NCBI RefSeq assembly: GCF_006345805.1
Contig: NC_042999.1
Coordinates: 66,774,001 to 66,838,000 of the forward strand
Direction: 5' to 3'
Length of the DNA: 64,000 nucleotides
Origin: Octopus sinensis
Lineage: Eukaryota
Below, piece by piece: positions 39,736-55,052 of this stretch. Position 1 is the first letter of the stretch. The number at the start of each line of letters is the position of its first letter. Below the pieces are notes generated by a model. That model worked only from the letters and a program-made list of their open reading frames with translations. It was not told the DNA's origin and did no database searches. Both the position numbers and the translations under genes were made by a program.

Positions 39736-40857
39736 ATTACATGGGAAAATGTGAGCAAAAGAAATACTATCCTTAAGATTATAAATCTGGAAAAGTTCAG
39801 GAGAAGTTATTACATCTGGTAAAGTACAGAACAAGAAAATTTTTACTTAAATATTGCAGCTAAGGATATAATTTCAAATAAAATATTTGGATTTAGAAAA
39901 TATTAGCTTTTATTAAAACTGTTCATAAAATAATTATAACGTGTGAGGATTTTAATCTGACTTTTTTGAATCTATACATGCAAGTGTTTGTGTATAGACG
40001 TGCAAACACGCTTTGTTATGGGTATGTATAACACTCGTTCGTATATTTTTTGCATATATTGCGCTGAAGATAGAAGAAAATTCGCCATTAATGTGGAGTC
40101 TTTTTAAATATCTTCTCAGTAGCCCGCTTTCAATTGTATGCATTTATAGTGTTTTTTCGGTAGCTTCGTAATGCTTGGACATTAATTCAGTATGAAGCAG
40201 GTAAGTCTTGTTTTGACCTTCTCCCTTAAAATAATATTATTAAAACTAAAAATTTTATTACAAGTTATTACTTCTATTTGTTATTACTTGTTACTTCTAT
40301 TAAAAATTTAAAATTACTCGATTTAAATATGTTTTGCTCTTTAAAACAATTCATTTTTTAAATTATTAATTAATAAATTGAAATTTTAAAATAAATTATA
40401 AAATTAATAGTAGTACATAATTAGTTAGTACAATAAATAGAATAATACCAAAATTAGTTATATATTAGAGTAAAATCTAACTATAACAACAAATTCACAG
40501 GAAAATTAGCTTGAGTTATTGCCAAGTTATTGCCAAGTCTTCACATTTAGTCTTTAGTACTTTTTTACAATATGAATTTTCCTACCATATATTCTATTCT
40601 GCTTTGCATAAAACTTTAGCTATATTGGTACTTCGAGCTCTCATTTTTTAAGTATTCTAGTGTATCAATACTTAACAACATTATGGTACCTCTTTTTAAG
40701 TATAATTTTTAATATTCAAATTTTATCCTTAGCTGCAATACTTAAAGTAAAATTTTTCTTGTTCTATACTCTCCCAGATGTAATAACTTGTCCTGGACTT
40801 TTCCAGATTTATAATCTTAAGAATATTATTTCTCTTGCTCGCATTTTTCCATGTAAT
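39736..40857. mobile_element. Non-autonomous DNA transposon with about 145-bp TIRs
   Basis: 39736-39880 is the reverse complement of 40712-40857 (roughly 85%); AT-rich non-coding interior. Confidence 0.75.
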
Positions 40858-41582
40858 CCATGTTTTTTCCAGGTTATGCTATTATGCTAATAATATGTCA
40901 AATGTGTCAATTAGCGGTGTCGTTGATACTTTTCCCTACCTCAATGATGCCGGTGGCATATATTAAAAGTCCTAGTGTAGAACTATATTCATAAAAAGTA
41001 TAGTACTATATTATCACTCTCAAATTTGAGAAACAAACACTCATAATTTTTTTTTCTTTTGAAACATCCTTGCATGAGATGATACCATGAAATTCCTCGA
41101 ATTGAACTGCATCATTTAAGCTTCAGTAAGATATAGTTTGTTTTTAAATAAAGAAAGTTAATTATATTTAAATCCAATTTTTTGCCTTGCTTATATTTTT
41201 TCATGATATTTCACCTCATAACTTTTTCGACACAAATTTTTGTTGCATGGGACCAAAACTATGAAATTCTTAATGCTTTCTTCTATCACTGAAGCTAAGA
41301 TAAGTATATTTTGCTTTTTAAATAAAAAGTTTATTTAGATCTAAACTTGACTGGTGACGTTACTTACTCTCCTGTAACATTGTTACAAATTTTAATATAA
41401 ACTTTTTTCTACTGGAACAAATATCAATTGTTATGCCAAAATGTAGCTAGGGAAAAGTACTCTTCAAAAATATTAGCGGTTTTGCATTTGGTTAAGAACT
41501 GAATTAGCAACAAGCTTTGAAAGATGTGAGTAAATTGCGTGTGAGTAAATAATAATATTATTCAGCTACTACCGTAGTTCGT

Positions 41583-41830
41583 GGAGGAGCGTGGCTTAGT
41601 GGTTAGGGTGTTGGACTCATGATCGTAAGAGTGTGGTTTTGATTCCTGGTCCGGGGGATGCGTTGTGTTCTTGAGCAAGACACTTCATTTTACGTTGCTC
41701 CAGTCCATTCAGCTGGCAAAAATGAGTAACCCTGCGACGGATCGACGTCACGTCCAGGTGGGGGAATTTATACGCCACTGAAACCGGGAAACCGACCCCT
41801 ATGAGCCGGACGTGGCTCCAGAAAGAAACA
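41583..41830 (+). mobile_element. tRNA-derived SINE related to family C
   Basis: ggaggagcgtggcttagtggttaggg head; shares gaaaccgggaaaccg..ccc.tatgagcc tail. Confidence 0.7.
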
Positions 41831-41967
41831 CTTCACTACCGTAGTTCAATGATAGAGAAAGAAATGGCAGCCACAATTTTAGATAATTCTTTATTAGCGT
41901 TGGCGTTCGTTTAAACGAACAAAATGCTTATAAAGAATTATCCAAACTTCTGGCTGCCTCCTTTCTT

Positions 41968-41998
<31 letters not shown>

Positions 41999-42628
41999 TA
42001 TATATATATATGTATGTATGTATGCATGTGTGCATGTGTGCATATATGCATGTATGCATGTATGTATGTATGCAAGTGTGCATGTATGTATTTATGTATG
42101 TATTTATGTATCTATGTATGTATGTATGCATGTGTGTATGTATAGGTCTTAAGAACGTAGTTAATGCCAGTCCCATTTCTTTCCTTTCGAAGCAAATCTG
42201 CTGATTCCATTATTACAATCCCGTATGTAGGCGCATGTTGGTTCCAAATACACATTAAAGTTGAGAATTATGGAAATATTTCGAAAGGCATTGTATAATG
42301 ACACAAGAAATTGGATTTTTTTTTGTATTATCTATTCGTATGCTACAAGGAATTACAGAGTATTATGTGTTAGACAGACATGTATGGAATTTCCTATTAG
42401 AAAAGATTCAGAAAATTTACATTAGAATAAAGCGTTTATATTTAGATAGTAATCACGGACACCACATAGCGCCCTGGTGACGGAAGAAAGGGTAGAGCGA
42501 AACACACAAACATACATGCAAACACACACAAACATACACAGTACGTACAGGCATATACACAAATGCATACATGCGCACAAAAATACAGAAAAGCAAATAT
42601 ATATACAGACACATACACAGCACATAAT

Positions 42629-42678
<50 letters not shown>

Positions 42679-42789
42679 AAGAAAGAAAGGCCAATTTAAG
42701 GACGATAATTCGCGTTTTTATATTTATTAAAAAAAACATTATAAAAATAAGATGAAATATATATATATAATATATTTATATATATACTC

Positions 42790-43755
<966 letters not shown>

Positions 43756-43840
43756 TGTGTGTCTATGTTGTTCCCCTACTGAAACAAGTAAAAGAGTAAA
43801 GAGTAAAGAGTAAAGGTAAATATATATATATATATATATA

Positions 43841-43974
<134 letters not shown>

Positions 43975-44080
43975 TATATTAAATTAAAGACAAAACCACT
44001 ATTTGAAAATCAAACAAAGAAAGACTTAAGCCAATACATAAAATAATTTATATAAATTTAGAAATTTAACAATTATAAAT

Positions 44081-44140
44081 AACACTACGATCGTTTCATG
44101 TCTTATTTCAGCACATCTTTGAGACATTCTTCAGGTGGTT
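44081..44140 (-). ncRNA. Type-I hammerhead ribozyme
   Basis: cac CTGAAGA ATGTCT...AGACAT GAAAC GATC GTA|GTG: canonical core, 6-bp stem II, palindromic stem III. Confidence 0.8.
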
Positions 44141-44281
44141 TCAAAACCTAAAATATAATCAATATTTTAAGATATAAATAATCTATATAATCTAAATAAA
44201 ATTTACTTATAATAAACTCTATTATTAAATATGATTATATCGAAATCGACTATAATGTTAATATATAATATATTTTATACA

Positions 44282-44367
<86 letters not shown>

Positions 44368-44385
44368 ATATTAATATATTATATT

Positions 44386-44423
<38 letters not shown>

Positions 44424-44473
44424 ATATATATATATATAATATATATTTATATTTATATATATATATATATATT

Positions 44474-44529
<56 letters not shown>

Positions 44530-44695
44530 GTATTTTTCCCTCACGGGCTACTTTTTACTGGAAGGCGATACTTGTATTGCATTACTGATATTTTGAAACT
44601 TCTTCACCGTTTCTCGTGCTGTTATCGTTCCGCATTTCAGTCGAATGTGATAGTATTAATGTGGTAACATCGTAGATTTCGTCTTGGTATATGCT

Positions 44696-44765
44696 TGGCT
44701 GATGAAGGTAAAATAAAATATGGGTGAGAGACATATCTTGTAAAACCTGAAACCTGCAGGTCCCA
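44696..44765 (+). ncRNA. Type-I hammerhead ribozyme
   Basis: tgg CTGATGA AGGT...ACCT GAAAC CTGCAG GTC|CCA: canonical core, GUC site. Confidence 0.75.
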
Positions 44766-44959
44766 CGTTATCCTATTCCGGGTGTTTCATCTTTCAGATG
44801 TTCTCCTGGAGGTAAGACGTTTTTTGGTCTAGTTTGTTGCACACGCATTTTTGCTAATACATACGCGGTGAAGCTACACATTAGCGTCGTATTTTTACGT
44901 TCGCTATTTCCAGTAAATATCGGTACTTAGTTGTGCCATTTATTTACTAATTTGTATAT

Positions 44960-45050
<91 letters not shown>

Positions 45051-46285
45051 TTGTATATAGTTAGTTAGTTAGTTAGTTAGATAGTTACGCCGCTCGCGAT
45101 TCCCGAAACTACCTACTGTACAACAGTCTGCGTCCGATAACTCAGATTTGAGTGGAAAAAGCTGTAGTCGAAGAAGTCAGAAGAGTCAACAGTAACAAAT
45201 AAGAACTTAAATTAAGAGACGAATAAACGTTTATAGAATAAATAGACAGTTCTTTAGAAAGTTTGAGTGTTTGAGACTTTTTAAAGAGTTCATTCATTTA
45301 CCTCGGACATGTATAGATTTCTTTTGGTGAGCTTTTCTTTCATTCACCAGTCTAACTATTTATTTTCTATCTGTTGTTCTTTCTTTTTCAAATGGATACT
45401 TATATTTTTTCATGATACTTTTTTGATACAAATTTTTCTTGCATGGGACCAAAACTGTGAATTAGGAAGTATCACAGTTGATACTTCCTAGTTCACGTTA
45501 GTCCCCTAACTATTCTGCATTCCTCACGTTGCCAGATTCACACTATTTTCTCACCAATTTAAAAACTTTCCACTTTACAAAGACACCACTGTTCGCATTA
45601 ACCGCTGAAACCAACTTCACACTCGACACCAAATACTGTGTCAACTGTTCCACACGAATTTTCCCTGCCCTGTCGTACACATCCACAGCATGGCACCGAT
45701 GATTACAACGCAAACGCTCATATCATTTTCCAACAGACTTCGAACTACCTGTCCGATAACATCGGCTTTCAGTACGAACTAACTCACCACGTGAGCAAAA
45801 TTAATCTTTTTAGTTCGTCCACACAGTAGAAAGTAGGCCAAAATAATACCGCCTACGTTTTAAACAGCCACGTGACTACAAAGAGAGCGGGGGTTTAATC
45901 TGAATAATGCGAACGAGAAATTAAACTAAACATAATCGTCTTTTCGTTCATAACAATATATATGTACACAGGCCGGTATGTAACATATACTGTAATACGT
46001 GCTTGATTGTAGAAAACTAGTGTGTATAAATGTTTCCATCTTAGTCTTAGGTCCTCCTACGCCGTGTGGAGCATTGGGCAGCAAAGCTTCTCCAACGTGG
46101 TCAGTCGGCTGCGGCGATTTCAGCTTCATCGCGTAAAATGTCAATGGCTTTGAGGTCATCGTTGAAGATTCAGCACCAAGTCCCCTTTGGTCGCCTTTGT
46201 TTTCTATTGCCATACGGGGTCCTCCTCTAAATGGCAGTTTTCACATGCCACGACGATGGTAATCGGAGGACGTGAACTGTGAGTC

Positions 46286-46354
<69 letters not shown>

Positions 46355-46766
46355 ATTAAGGTTGTTTCTGCAGATAGTCTAGGCAGCACTAAATTTCGCT
46401 ACAACGTTTCGTATCGAGACGTCAGATGTAAACAAGCAATGAGATCGCTATATGTGGTAGCTATATAAGCGATGTATTCAGAGACAAGAATGAGTTTGAT
46501 GGGTGGTGATGAAGGTACAACAATCCCCGAAATATGTTATGTACACTCATTACCAACTTTTGTCTATGATCTCTTACGAAACGTTGTTGTAAGAAATCAG
46601 TACTGGATGTAGTTTCCTAGAATATATGTAGAAACAACTTTTTAAATAATGTGACAAGCACTGCTGATGCAGTAGAACGTAGTACTGACTTATAAAAACC
46701 TAATATACTTCATGTTATATTGTGTTTGCATAACGAAGTATTGTGTACCTACAGACCTTTTACATA

Positions 46767-48056
46767 CGAGTGGCGTTCAATAAGTAATGCCCCTGACCCA
46801 CTTCCCATAGCAGTAGAGCAACGAAACCTGGCACAGTTATTAATCTTTTTCTACATAGGAACCACCCAGAGTTACGCATTTGTCCCATCGTTTGATGCAG
46901 CTCTGAAGACCGTTTTTGTAGAAGACCCCAGCTTGGTCCTCCAACCACGACGTGACTTCAGAAATCAAGGCTGCATCATCTGGGAAACGCTTTCCTTTCA
47001 AAAACAACTTCATGGCTGGGAAGAGGTGAAAATCAGAGGGTGCAGGTCAGGAGAGTAGGGAGAATGGGGGATGAGTTCATAGCCGGACGCCTGTGCTTCT
47101 GATCTGGCGACACGCGAGTTGTGGATCGGAGCGTTGTCCTGCAGGAGGAGGATGCCTTTTCTGATCTTGCCCCGCCTCTTGATTTTGATAGCTTCTCTTA
47201 ATCTCCTCAAAAGTGAAGCATAATAGACTCCTGTAATTGTGGCACCCTTTGCCAAGAAATCTGTCATCATTACTCCGTCCTGGTCCCAGAAGACTGTGAG
47301 CATGACCTTGCCAGCGGAGGGCTGCACCCTTGCCTTCTTTGGAGGAGGTGAGTCACGGTGCTTCCACTGCATTGACTGGGCTTTGGTCTCTGGATCATAG
47401 TGATGGACCCAGGTTTCATCCTGTGTGATCAGTCTTTTGAAAAAGTTTGACTCATCTTCTTGGCACATCTTCAAATTCATCCTCGCGCAATCGACGCGTT
47501 CTTGCTTCTGGAAAGGTGTGAGCAGCCTGGGAATCCATCTGGCAGACACCTTTTGCATATGCAAATAGTCATGAATGATATTTTCCACAGACCCGGTACT
47601 AATCTTGACCTCATGGGCTATTTGGCAAATAGTTATGCGTCGATCTTCCAAAATGGCAGCCTCAACTTGACGAACAGATGCCTCATGAATGGCAGAAGGG
47701 GGCGACCAGATCTGGGAGCTGTTTCCACATTTTCCGATCATGTTTGAATTCACGATGCCAGCGTTTTACAAGGTCATATGATGGGGCATCATCACCATAA
47801 GTTACTTTTTTTTCATCAAAAGTCTCCCGTGGTGTGCGTCCTCTCAAATACAAAAACCGCATCACTGCTCGACACTCAACAGGCTCCGTTTCACACTTGA
47901 CTCAGTTCAAACACCTGTAAATCAGAAACCACAATTAGTTCAGAGCTGTAATTTGCCACTTAATCTATAGAGATATGAATAATTGCACATGCAAAATTTC
48001 AGCTAGATCAAACAACTGCAAGGGGGTCAGAGACATTACTTATTGAACACCCTTCG
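46767..48056 (-). mobile_element. Full-length defective mariner, same family as 27734-28997
   Basis: TA-flanked TIRs; ITQDETW and LQDNAP; start codon reads ACG; frameshifts at both ends of the ORF. Confidence 0.95.
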
Positions 48057-48126
<70 letters not shown>

Positions 48127-48154
48127 CATACATATATATATATATTATATATAT

Positions 48155-48185
<31 letters not shown>

Positions 48186-48335
48186 GTATGTATATACATA
48201 TACACATATACATATGGGTCTGGCAGCGGTCGTGGTAACATCAACATTTTTTCTCTGCCCCAAGGCACATTCCTAACACGCCAGCTGAGTTTAATTCGTC
48301 CCAGTCGAAAGACGACTGTTTGTGATATCCTGTTA

Positions 48336-48373
<38 letters not shown>

Positions 48374-48721
48374 GTTTTTACGTATTATTTTTGTATTCAT
48401 ATTCGTGTAACATCGTCCGTTTTTCCGTCCTTGTTTTGTATACATTCGAAGCTTTCTTCCAAGGAATCTAATGCACCTAGCTTAGTTTTTCCTTGGGGCT
48501 GGCCAGGTTGGAGCAATCTCAAGATTAATTAGCCGAAATTGCGAGGATGATCCGGTTCTTGACGGAAGATTGAAGGCTTCCAGGCGTGATGCTAAACTTA
48601 TCACGCTTGATACTCTCGGAGTATCAATGAATTTGAATCAAACTGTTTTGATCCATACATATAACTCCCAATGTGTTGAGTGCCTTCCTTTCGTTTGTCC
48701 ATATATATGTATGAATGTATA

Positions 48722-48755
<34 letters not shown>

Positions 48756-48763
48756 TATATATA

Positions 48764-48813
<50 letters not shown>

Positions 48814-48872
48814 TATATATTCGCAGATAGATGCTGGCTAGCTGCTAGATAGATAGATAGATAGATAGATAT

Positions 48873-48938
<66 letters not shown>

Positions 48939-50095
48939 GTGTGTGTGTGTGTATATATACTGACATATGTTTACATACATGCACACATACAAAACTTTTA
49001 TATTCACAGAATATATACATGTCGACAAATGCATTGAAACCTTTTGGATTTACTAGTGCTAGAGTGAGCCACATAGTGACCACTCTCTTATATTTATTTT
49101 TGTATAAAATATTATAATATGTTATGAAATATATAATAATCCAGGTTTCTCGGGGCACTGGGCCACTTGGTGTTGAATAGGTATACTATTAAATTAGTAT
49201 CTAATTCTCTCACCCTTATTAATTAATTATATATATGTGTGTGTGTGTGGTGTGTGTGTGTGTGTGTGTGTGTGTTCATCATTTCACTAGGCTCAAATAA
49301 CTATCCACAATTACCTCCCCTTGACCAAACTTTTTTCATATACATAACCGTTGTATCCCCTCAATACAAATTCATTAAATCTCCTTTGTTATAAACGATC
49401 ATCTCCTTCTTCTCTCATTGTATACATAACATATTAACTTGATTTACTTGATTTACTTATTTATTTCCTTATTTTGTCTTTACCTGTGTTTATAATATAT
49501 ATAAAAACACAATTTACTTTAAAACAAATTACCAATAGAATTAACTTAACAGATCAATAAATTTAGGGGTGTTAGTTTTCTTACTAAATAAATATGTATT
49601 ATCAATACAATTTTTTAATAATCCACAATTATTCATCTTTTATTATCATGTTTTCTCGAACTCTTTTTGAACATAGGTACTTTTGTGTATTAATATAAAT
49701 ATTAATATAGTAATCATACAATTACATATTTATATAATTTTTACGCATATAAATAATACATAGATTTTTCATATATTTATTATACATATTTAATCTATTG
49801 GATAAATAATTTGACTACTAATATATTTTATTACTAATCTCTGTAATAATAAACTATAAATATATTTACCCCAATATTAATATGATATTTACATACATGA
49901 TAAACTACTATTCTTTATATATCTCCATACCTTCTAACTATCATCTAGAATGTATTAATATTTATTTACTTTCCAACAAAATATACACCCCATGTCCCCT
50001 TAAAAGGTTTATACCAAACTTATCCATATAACAATACTCAGCTGTATTGTTCAGTATACTTAACAACTAATGATATACTTGTATATCTTTTTTTT

Positions 50096-50180
50096 CTGCC
50101 TCTGACGAGATACTGCTTTATCAAATGATTTAATTATTACAATTATAATTTTTCAGTATGAATCGAAACAGCTGTTAGAA
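50096..50180 (+). ncRNA. Type-I hammerhead-like ribozyme, copy 1
   Basis: CTGACGA GATACTG...CAGTATGAATC GAAAC AGCT GTT|AG; weak stem I. Confidence 0.6.
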
Positions 50181-50498
50181 ACCATGTCTAAATTTGCAAT
50201 TAATAAATATACTTATTCATTGATGTAACTCCGTTTTTGAAATTTTTCTTCAATAAATATAAACCTTTGTTTATCTAATTACTTATTATTTATGAGTATT
50301 ATGATTAATATCACAACAAATACTAGGTAATGAACCAGTAATTCATTGGATATTACTATCCCTTACTGAGGCTTATCCACCCTCCAATTGAACGTTTTAT
50401 ATATGTATATCTCATACTCAAGTTTGCCTCGTGTTTCACGTTGTTTTCGAATTTCATGTGCTTTACGTTTTGTGACGTCCTGTACCCATATATGCATA

Positions 50499-50544
<46 letters not shown>

Positions 50545-50594
50545 TATATATACACATATATATATATTCGCAGATAGATAGCTGGCTAGCTTGC

Positions 50595-50683
<89 letters not shown>

Positions 50684-50972
50684 GTGTGTGTGTGTATATA
50701 TACTGACATATGTTTACATACATGCACACATACAAACACTTTTATATTCACAGAATATATACATGTCGACAAATGCATTGAAACCTTTTGGATTTACTAG
50801 TGCTAGAGTGAGCCACATAGTGACCACTCTCTTATATTTATTTTTGTATAAAATATTATAATATGTTATGAAATATTATAATAATCCAGGTTTCTCGGGG
50901 CACTGGGCCACTTGGTGTTGAATAGGTATACTATTAAATTAGTATCTAATTCTCTCACCCTTATTAATTAAT

Positions 50973-51022
<50 letters not shown>

Positions 51023-51843
51023 CATCATTTCACTAGGCTCAAATAACTATCCACAATTACCTCCCCTTGACCAAACTTTTTTCATATACATAACCGTTGT
51101 ATCCCCTCAATACAAATTCATTAAATCTCCTTTGTTATAAACGATCATCTCCTTCTTCTCTCATTGTATACATAACATATTAACTTGATTTACTTGATTT
51201 ACTTATTTATTTCCTTATTTTGTCTTTACCTGTGTTTATAAATATATATAAAAACACAATTTACTTTAAAACAAATTACCAATAGAATTAACTTAACAGA
51301 TCAATAAATTTAGGGGTGTTAGTTTTCTTACTAAAATAAATATGTATTATCAATACAATTTTTTAATAATCCACAATTATTCATCTTTTATTATCATGTT
51401 TTCTCGAACTCTTTTTGAACATAGGTACTTTTGTGTATTAATATAAATATTAATATAGTAATCATACAATTACATATTTATATAATTTTTACGCATATAA
51501 ATAATACATAGATTTTTCATATATTTATTATACATATTTAATCTATTGGATAAATAATTTGACTACTAATATATTTTATTACTAATCTCTGTAATAATAA
51601 ACTATAAATATATTTACCCCAATATTAATATGATATTTACATACATGATAAACTACTATTCTTTATATATCTCCATACCTTCTAACTATCATCTAGAATG
51701 TATTAATATTTATTTACTTTCCAACAAAATATACACCCCATGTCCCCTTAAAAGGTTTATACCAAACTTATCCATATAACAATACTCAGCTGTATTGTTC
51801 AGTATACTTAACAACTAATGATATACTTGTATATCTTTTTTTT

Positions 51844-51928
51844 CTGCCTCTGACGAGATACTGCTTTATCAAATGATTTAATTATTACAATTATAATTTT
51901 TCAGTATGAATCGAAACAGCTGTTAGAA
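51844..51928 (+). ncRNA. Type-I hammerhead-like ribozyme, copy 2
   Basis: Identical to copy 1. Confidence 0.6.
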
Positions 51929-52240
51929 ACCATGTCTAAATTGCAATTAATAAATATACTTATTCATTGATGTAACTCCGTTTTTGAAATTTTTCTTCAA
52001 TAAATATAAACCTTTGTTTATCTAATTACTTATTATTTATGAGTATTATGATTAATATTCACAACAAATACTAGGTAATGAACCAGTAATTCATTGGATA
52101 TTACTATCCCTTACTGAGGCTTATCCACCCTCCAATTGAACGTTTTATATATGTATATCTCATACTCAAGTTTGCCTCGTGTTTCACGTTGTTTTCGAAT
52201 TTCATGTGCTTTACGTTTTGTGACGTCCTGTACCCATATA

Positions 52241-52327
<87 letters not shown>

Positions 52328-52328
52328 C

Positions 52329-52375
<47 letters not shown>

Positions 52376-53139
52376 TATGTATATATATGTATGTATATTT
52401 TTCATTTATATAGATAGATAGACAGATAGATAAATAGATACATACATACATACATACATACATACATACATACATACATACATACATACATACATACATA
52501 CATACATACAGACATACATACATACATAGACTTATACATATACATTGTCTGTTAGACAATAGACTGAGGAAGAGTAAGAAGATGGGTAATAGAAGACAAG
52601 GTTGAAAGCGTTTATAAGATCATTTGCGTACATGTGTGTAAATGTATGTGTGTGTGCGTGTGTGTGTGTTAATGACTTTAGGGGAATGTGGCAGAGAAGT
52701 CGTGAAACAAAGTACTCAGGCAGATTTGAAGTAACAGGGAGTGGGGAAGAGAAGAAAAACCAACCAATTATATGACTGACAATTAGTATCTCCTAACTGC
52801 TTATTACATATTCATTAACAATATGAATTACAACACCCACTTAGTGTTCCTAAATTCATTGTTGAAATCCATTTACATTTTGAAATAACGTAGATTAGTT
52901 GAAACGATAATCATTGGATAAATACAATTTTCAGTCAATAAAGTGTTATAAATAAAAGTATGCAGTTCAAATCCAGAAAAAGCCATGAATAATGTGTGAG
53001 GCAGGGAGAATTCAAATGAGAAAGTTGTGGGAAAAGACAAGCATTGGTAGAGAGTTGTTTTAAACATAATATATATGTTTAAATATATATCAGGATCACA
53101 CACAGCATATAGGTACACTGCAACATAATTTCTTTTCCT

Positions 53140-53385
53140 CAACAGGCCTTGCCCTGTTTAACATTGTCCCGAAAGAGATAAAAGAGGGAAAGGATCCTGT
53201 CACCTTTAAACGGAGTCTGGACAGATTTCTTCAAGGAATACCGGATAAGCCACCCATACCTGGATACAACTCACTCCTTGACTTAAACAGGATTTAGATA
53301 ATCCTATCAGGTGGTGCTAATTAAGTTAGACATGGCCTGAACCAATCTTTGGTCGAAATATATCTAAGTTTATCTAAGTTTATAT
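53140..53385 (+). mobile_element. 3' end of a CR1-like LINE inserted in the pre-exon E block
   Basis: GLALFNIVPKEIK..FKRSLDRFLQGIPDKPPIPGY..SLLD; tail of atctaagttt repeats; interrupts a block contiguous in other units. Confidence 0.7.
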
Positions 53386-53799
53386 TGTAAGTTAATCTGT
53401 GTGATAGAGGCAATACGATGACGTTTTGGAAAACATATGGCAAAAGAGCAGTTCTGAAGTTATAACCAGTTATGTTGAAAGCGATTTCTTCATAATCAAA
53501 AAAACAATGATTTTAAAATGAACTTAGGAAGGAATTTCAACCGTGTTTCGTGGTCTGCTATCACAACAGCTCCTTTATAGGATCCAGTTAGCTCAAGACA
53601 TCATCAGGAAGAACCACGTCCGGTTTCGGCCACTGTTCCTCTACCGTTATGACGTGGTGCCACCTCACTTTCGGAGGTGTCTTCAGCTCTGGTGTTGGGT
53701 ACATGTCTTCTTTCTTCTGTTCCCTGGCCTCTTCGATGTAGCGTCAACGAGAGTCAGCCTTATCAAATTTTTTTCTCTTTAAATACCTGCTAATTTTAG

Positions 53800-53900
53800 T
53801 ATATACTACGAATGAATGTAACGACTCCTGTCTACGAAACTATACAGCCCATAATAATAGTACCCGATTTTTCAAGTGTACGAAAGAAAATATTTCATAA
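53800..53900 (+). CDS. Orphan terminal exon E: (V)YTTNECNDSCLRNYTAHNNSTRFFKCTKENIS (3 Cys, possibly decaying)
   Basis: Acceptor ctaattttag|53800, phase 1, C-x3-C-x15-C, fourth Cys replaced by Ile, stop at 53898, AATAAA 53899-53904; homologous flanks. Confidence 0.55.
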
Positions 53901-54822
53901 TAAAGTCGCACATTCCCTATTACGACTCAGGGTGATTTCAGATATTAAAAGTAATAATTTTAAACGGAAAAGACAAACGACCTGCTCTTATTCCTACGGA
54001 CGAGTTATTTCTCTTTTTTTATGTAAAATTACGATTATGAATTAAAATATACATAAAACAATGTAAAATCTATGTTCACTTATAATTCTTTGATGAAATT
54101 ATTTAATTATTATATAAGTAATTACTTGATGCATATCACATCTCTACGTGGAGAATTTCTTGGCAAGCAAATCGGAAAGTTGCTAAAGGCATGTTCGAAT
54201 CCAAGATATCTTAATTAGTTTAGCAGAAATTTGCGACGAAGAAAATCATTTATACAACAGTAATTCCTCTGAAGAAAGTTATGAGAGAAAAACCTCCAAA
54301 TTTATTCTTGTTTCCTCTTACTTATACACATTTTGCGAAGTATAGTGTAATATATTAATCTCAATTCGCTTACCTCGCTACGTCTGCATCATTTGTATAT
54401 TGTCATTGGAACACAGCATTTCGAGTAATTGAACAAAACATCATTGTTCAAGCAGATATATAATTCCAATATTACTATATGTGTGTGTATGTGTAGTTAA
54501 TTTCAATGGCCAAATTCTGCCTAGACTGATGAGATTCTGTACAAACATTTAGTTTAGTGAACAGGCGGGTGTCTGTGTCTACATGTAGGACTGCATCTGT
54601 GTTTTGAGATTGCAGAAGGCGGAGTGCTGTGTCTGTCTGATTTCATGATGTGTGTATACAGTGGTCTTGAAATACAGAGGCATAAAGATGTGGGTAAGCG
54701 AGGTTGTGACGTTTTGTATAGTGCGTATGTATAATCGCTACGTTATTGTTAGAGATGCGTGAGAGTAAGTAATTGGGACGAATGTGAGTGTTAATATGAG
54801 CTATATAGCTACGTAAAAGAAA

Positions 54823-55052
54823 GGTGGCGAGCTGGCAGAAATGGTAGCACGCCTGGCGTAATGCGTGGCCGTATTTCGTCAGCCGTTACGTTCTGAGTTT
54901 AAATTCCTCCGAGGTCGACTTTGTCTTCCATCCTTTTGGGGTCGATAAATTAAGTACCAACCACGCACTGGGATCGATGTAATCGACTTAATCCGTTTGT
55001 CTGTCCTTGATTTTCCCCTCTGTGTTTAGCCCCTTGTGGGTAGTAAAGAAAT
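54823..55052 (+). mobile_element. SINE family B
   Basis: Nearly co-linear with 32823-33057. Confidence 0.85.

Larger units (their letters stand above)
48790..52270. repeat. Tandem duplication of an about 1748-bp unit (2 copies) carrying a hammerhead motif
   Basis: Copies differ almost only by single-base indels and microsatellite lengths; hammerhead cores at 50102 and 51850. Confidence 0.9.
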
